Assembly: GCA_902554785.1 (NCBI GenBank)
Contig: CACDQG010000001.1
Location: 45,246-109,245, forward strand
Length of the DNA stretch: 64,000 bases
Direction: 5' to 3'
DNA from: an uncultured Pelagibacteraceae bacterium
GTDB taxonomy: Bacteria > Pseudomonadota > Alphaproteobacteria > Pelagibacterales > Pelagibacteraceae
Part shown: positions 61,967 to 64,000 of the stretch, piece by piece
Layout of the letters: each line of letters opens with the position of its first letter
Numbering within the stretch: the stretch's first letter is position 1
Program-made: the position numbers and the translations under genes
The notes under the pieces: model-generated
Database searches by the model: none
The model's input: only the letters and a program-made list of their open reading frames with translations
What the model was told of the DNA's origin: nothing

Positions 61967-63472
61967 TCAAGAATAAATGATATTGGAGTCGACATTCATC
62001 TCTCTTGCCAGGTTTTTAAGTCTTTTAGTTACTTGTTTTGAGACAATATCGCTATGATTGTTAGGTATTTTCAAAAAAATAGTCTTATTTCTTTTATAAA
62101 TTTTAAATTCATCTAACAACAAAGAAGACATGCTAGTGAGTGACTCTGCTAATCTTAAAGCAGATCCCACTTGCTTTGAGGATAAAATTTCGTTGTTATT
62201 TAATAAGGATAAAAACTGATAATTCGGATTATATTTTAAGCCACAATGTCTCCAAAAACTTGCTGATGCAACTTTTACTCTATCTCTATGTTCTAGTTTT
62301 AGTAATGGAGTATTTAACACTTCCATAAAAACTAATTCTGCTTTTTGAAAAGCTCCTAGGCCCCAATCCATTTTACTTAAGATGCAAGCCAAGATTAGTA
62401 ATCTTCGATTAAAATATTCGTTGTCTTCAAATAATGGTGAAATAAAATTAAAATATTTCTCAAAACTCTTTCCATAGTCCCCTTTTTTAAAAGATATACC
62501 GTCAGTTTTTAATTTGAAAATTTCATCCTCGCTCATTCCTTGGTTTATAATTGTATTCATATGTCCCTCTCTCAGTCCACTGATTGAGCAAATAACTTTT
62601 GAGGGGCTTGCTGCTTCAATTATTTCGTTTAGTATTATAGAGCTAAAAGGTAAATAGGGAGTTCTAGATTTAGTAATATATTCCATTGATTTCAAAGATG
62701 ATTTATTAAATTTTGAAATTCTATTTAAGTATTTTACTGCTACATCTTTTGAGAGTTTATATTGATGCAAAATATGTAATGGGTGTTTTTCTTTAAAGAG
62801 ATGATATTTAAATAATGATCTCCAAGTCCCTCCTACCAAATAAATATTTTTAAATTTCTTTTTAGAAAGCCATTTTTCATCTCTTAAAAGTTTTCTAACA
62901 TATTTTCCCAAATTTCTTTTTTTTATAATAGGATTATTTTCAAGTCTTAATACTCCAAGAGGTAAAGAGGTTGTTTCAAAAATTTGATTTTTAGAAACTC
63001 TGGCAAGTTCTAAACTTCCACCTCCTAAATCTGCAACTAATCCATCTACTTCATCAAATCCTACCATTACACCATTTGCTGATGTTCTTGCTTCTTCCTC
63101 GCCAGATAATACTAGTGGTTTTTTATTAAATATTTTTTCAATTTCTCTTAAAAATTCACTTGCATCAGTGGCCTCTCTAAAAGCTGCTGTTGCAATAATT
63201 TCTAAATCTTGAACGTCTGAAATATCTAAAATTTCTTTAAATCTATTTAGAACTTTTAAAGAACCTTTAATTCCATCGGGATTTAGTTTTTTAGATTTAT
63301 CTAAATTTTTTCCAAGTTTGCAAACTGCTTTTTCATTAAAGACTGGGATTGGGGAAATTTTAAAACTATCGTATATGAGCATTCTTACTGAATTTGATCC
63401 AAGATCTATTATGGCTTGCTTAGACTTTTTATTAGACTGAAATTTAAAAAGATTTTTTAATTCTGGTTTCAT
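61967..63472 (-). CDS. ppx: Exopolyphosphatase Ppx/GppA
   Basis: IDLGSNSVR, ATAA.R.A, GEEEA, DLGGGS.E and GLREG motifs. Confidence 0.93.
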   Translation of the reverse strand: MKPELKNLFKFQSNKKSKQAIIDLGSNSVRMLIYDSFKISPIPVFNEKAVCKLGKNLDKSKKLNPDGIKGSLKVLNRFKEILDISDVQDLEIIATAAFREATDASEFLREIEKIFNKKPLVLSGEEEARTSANGVMVGFDEVDGLVADLGGGSLELARVSKNQIFETTSLPLGVLRLENNPIIKKRNLGKYVRKLLRDEKWLSKKKFKNIYLVGGTWRSLFKYHLFKEKHPLHILHQYKLSKDVAVKYLNRISKFNKSSLKSMEYITKSRTPYLPFSSIILNEIIEAASPSKVICSISGLREGHMNTIINQGMSEDEIFKLKTDGISFKKGDYGKSFEKYFNFISPLFEDNEYFNRRLLILACILSKMDWGLGAFQKAELVFMEVLNTPLLKLEHRDRVKVASASFWRHCGLKYNPNYQFLSLLNNNEILSSKQVGSALRLAESLTSMSSLLLDEFKIYKRNKTIFLKIPNNHSDIVSKQVTKRLKNLAREMNVDSNIIYS

Positions 63473-63999
63473 TTTACTAATCTTAAATTTTGAGGTTTAG
63501 CTCTTAAAATTGACTTACCACGACCTGATAAACTTGGGTTCTTCATGAAATAGGAATGTGCGGAAAAGCCTTTTTCTTGTTCTTTATGATAGTTTCCCAA
63601 ACTATCTAAATACCATGTTTCTGATTTATCTTTAAAGTTAGCTAACATAATTTGATCTAAAATTTGCTCATGCACAGTATTGTTTTCTATCGGAATTATA
63701 ATTTCAATTCTTCTATCTAAATTTCTAGGCATTAAATCTGCAGATGAAATATATACCTGATTCTCTCGAGAGGGCATAGAACTACCATTTGCAAAACAAT
63801 AAATTCTTGAGTGTTCTAAAAATCTGCCAATAAGGCTTTTTACTTTTATATTTTCAGATTGACCTTTAATTCCAGGTCTTAAGCAACACACTCCTCTTAC
63901 TGATAAATTTATTTTTACTCCTGCGTTTGAAGCTTCATAAAATTTCTTAATAATTCCAGGGTCTACAAGAGAATTCATTTTTGCCCATATTTCTGCAGG
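63469..63999 (-). CDS. ppk1: Polyphosphate kinase 1, C-terminal part (runs off the window end)
   Basis: AKMNSL.D, VRG.CCL.PG, GRFLEHSR and SSAD.M.RNLDRR.E motifs. Confidence 0.95.
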   Translation of the reverse strand, partial: PAEIWAKMNSLVDPGIIKKFYEASNAGVKINLSVRGVCCLRPGIKGQSENIKVKSLIGRFLEHSRIYCFANGSSMPSRENQVYISSADLMPRNLDRRIEIIIPIENNTVHEQILDQIMLANFKDKSETWYLDSLGNYHKEQEKGFSAHSYFMKNPSLSGRGKSILRAKPQNLRLVK

Positions 64000-64000
64000 T

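Overview
Very AT-rich (roughly 30% GC by eye), extremely gene-dense alphaproteobacterial chromosome segment. Gene content, order and minimal spacers point to SAR11 / Candidatus Pelagibacter; this is inferred and was not confirmed by a search. It is mostly core genome: udg-rnhB-ccrM; mutY; a ~12.5 kb co-directional run dciA-dsbA-smc-atpIBEGF-crtIBY-blh-ispH-thrB-rnhA; the aa3 cox operon; ubiA-msbA-waaA-lpxK-lpxL; purD, pgi, lspA-ileS-ribF; groES-groEL; tRNA-His-hisS-hisZ-hisG; csp, accA, glcB; SRP RNA-dnaX-ybaB-recR; pheA, kdsB, cytochrome c, argFD and gcrA. A probable low-phosphate accessory block (arsC-aquaporin opposite ppx-ppk1) closes the window. No mobile element, prophage or CRISPR array was seen. 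The most notable oddities are an apparently hinge-less 814-aa SMC, an AccA with a C-terminal membrane tail, a candidate anti-Shine-Dalgarno sRNA between the ars and polyphosphate genes, and a terminator-like hairpin inside the hisG coding end. Also notable are a G-1-less tRNA-His 4 nt upstream of hisS, a GANTC inverted repeat at the ccrM start, eroded motifs in two DNA-repair glycosylases, and no glycine riboswitch in front of glcB.
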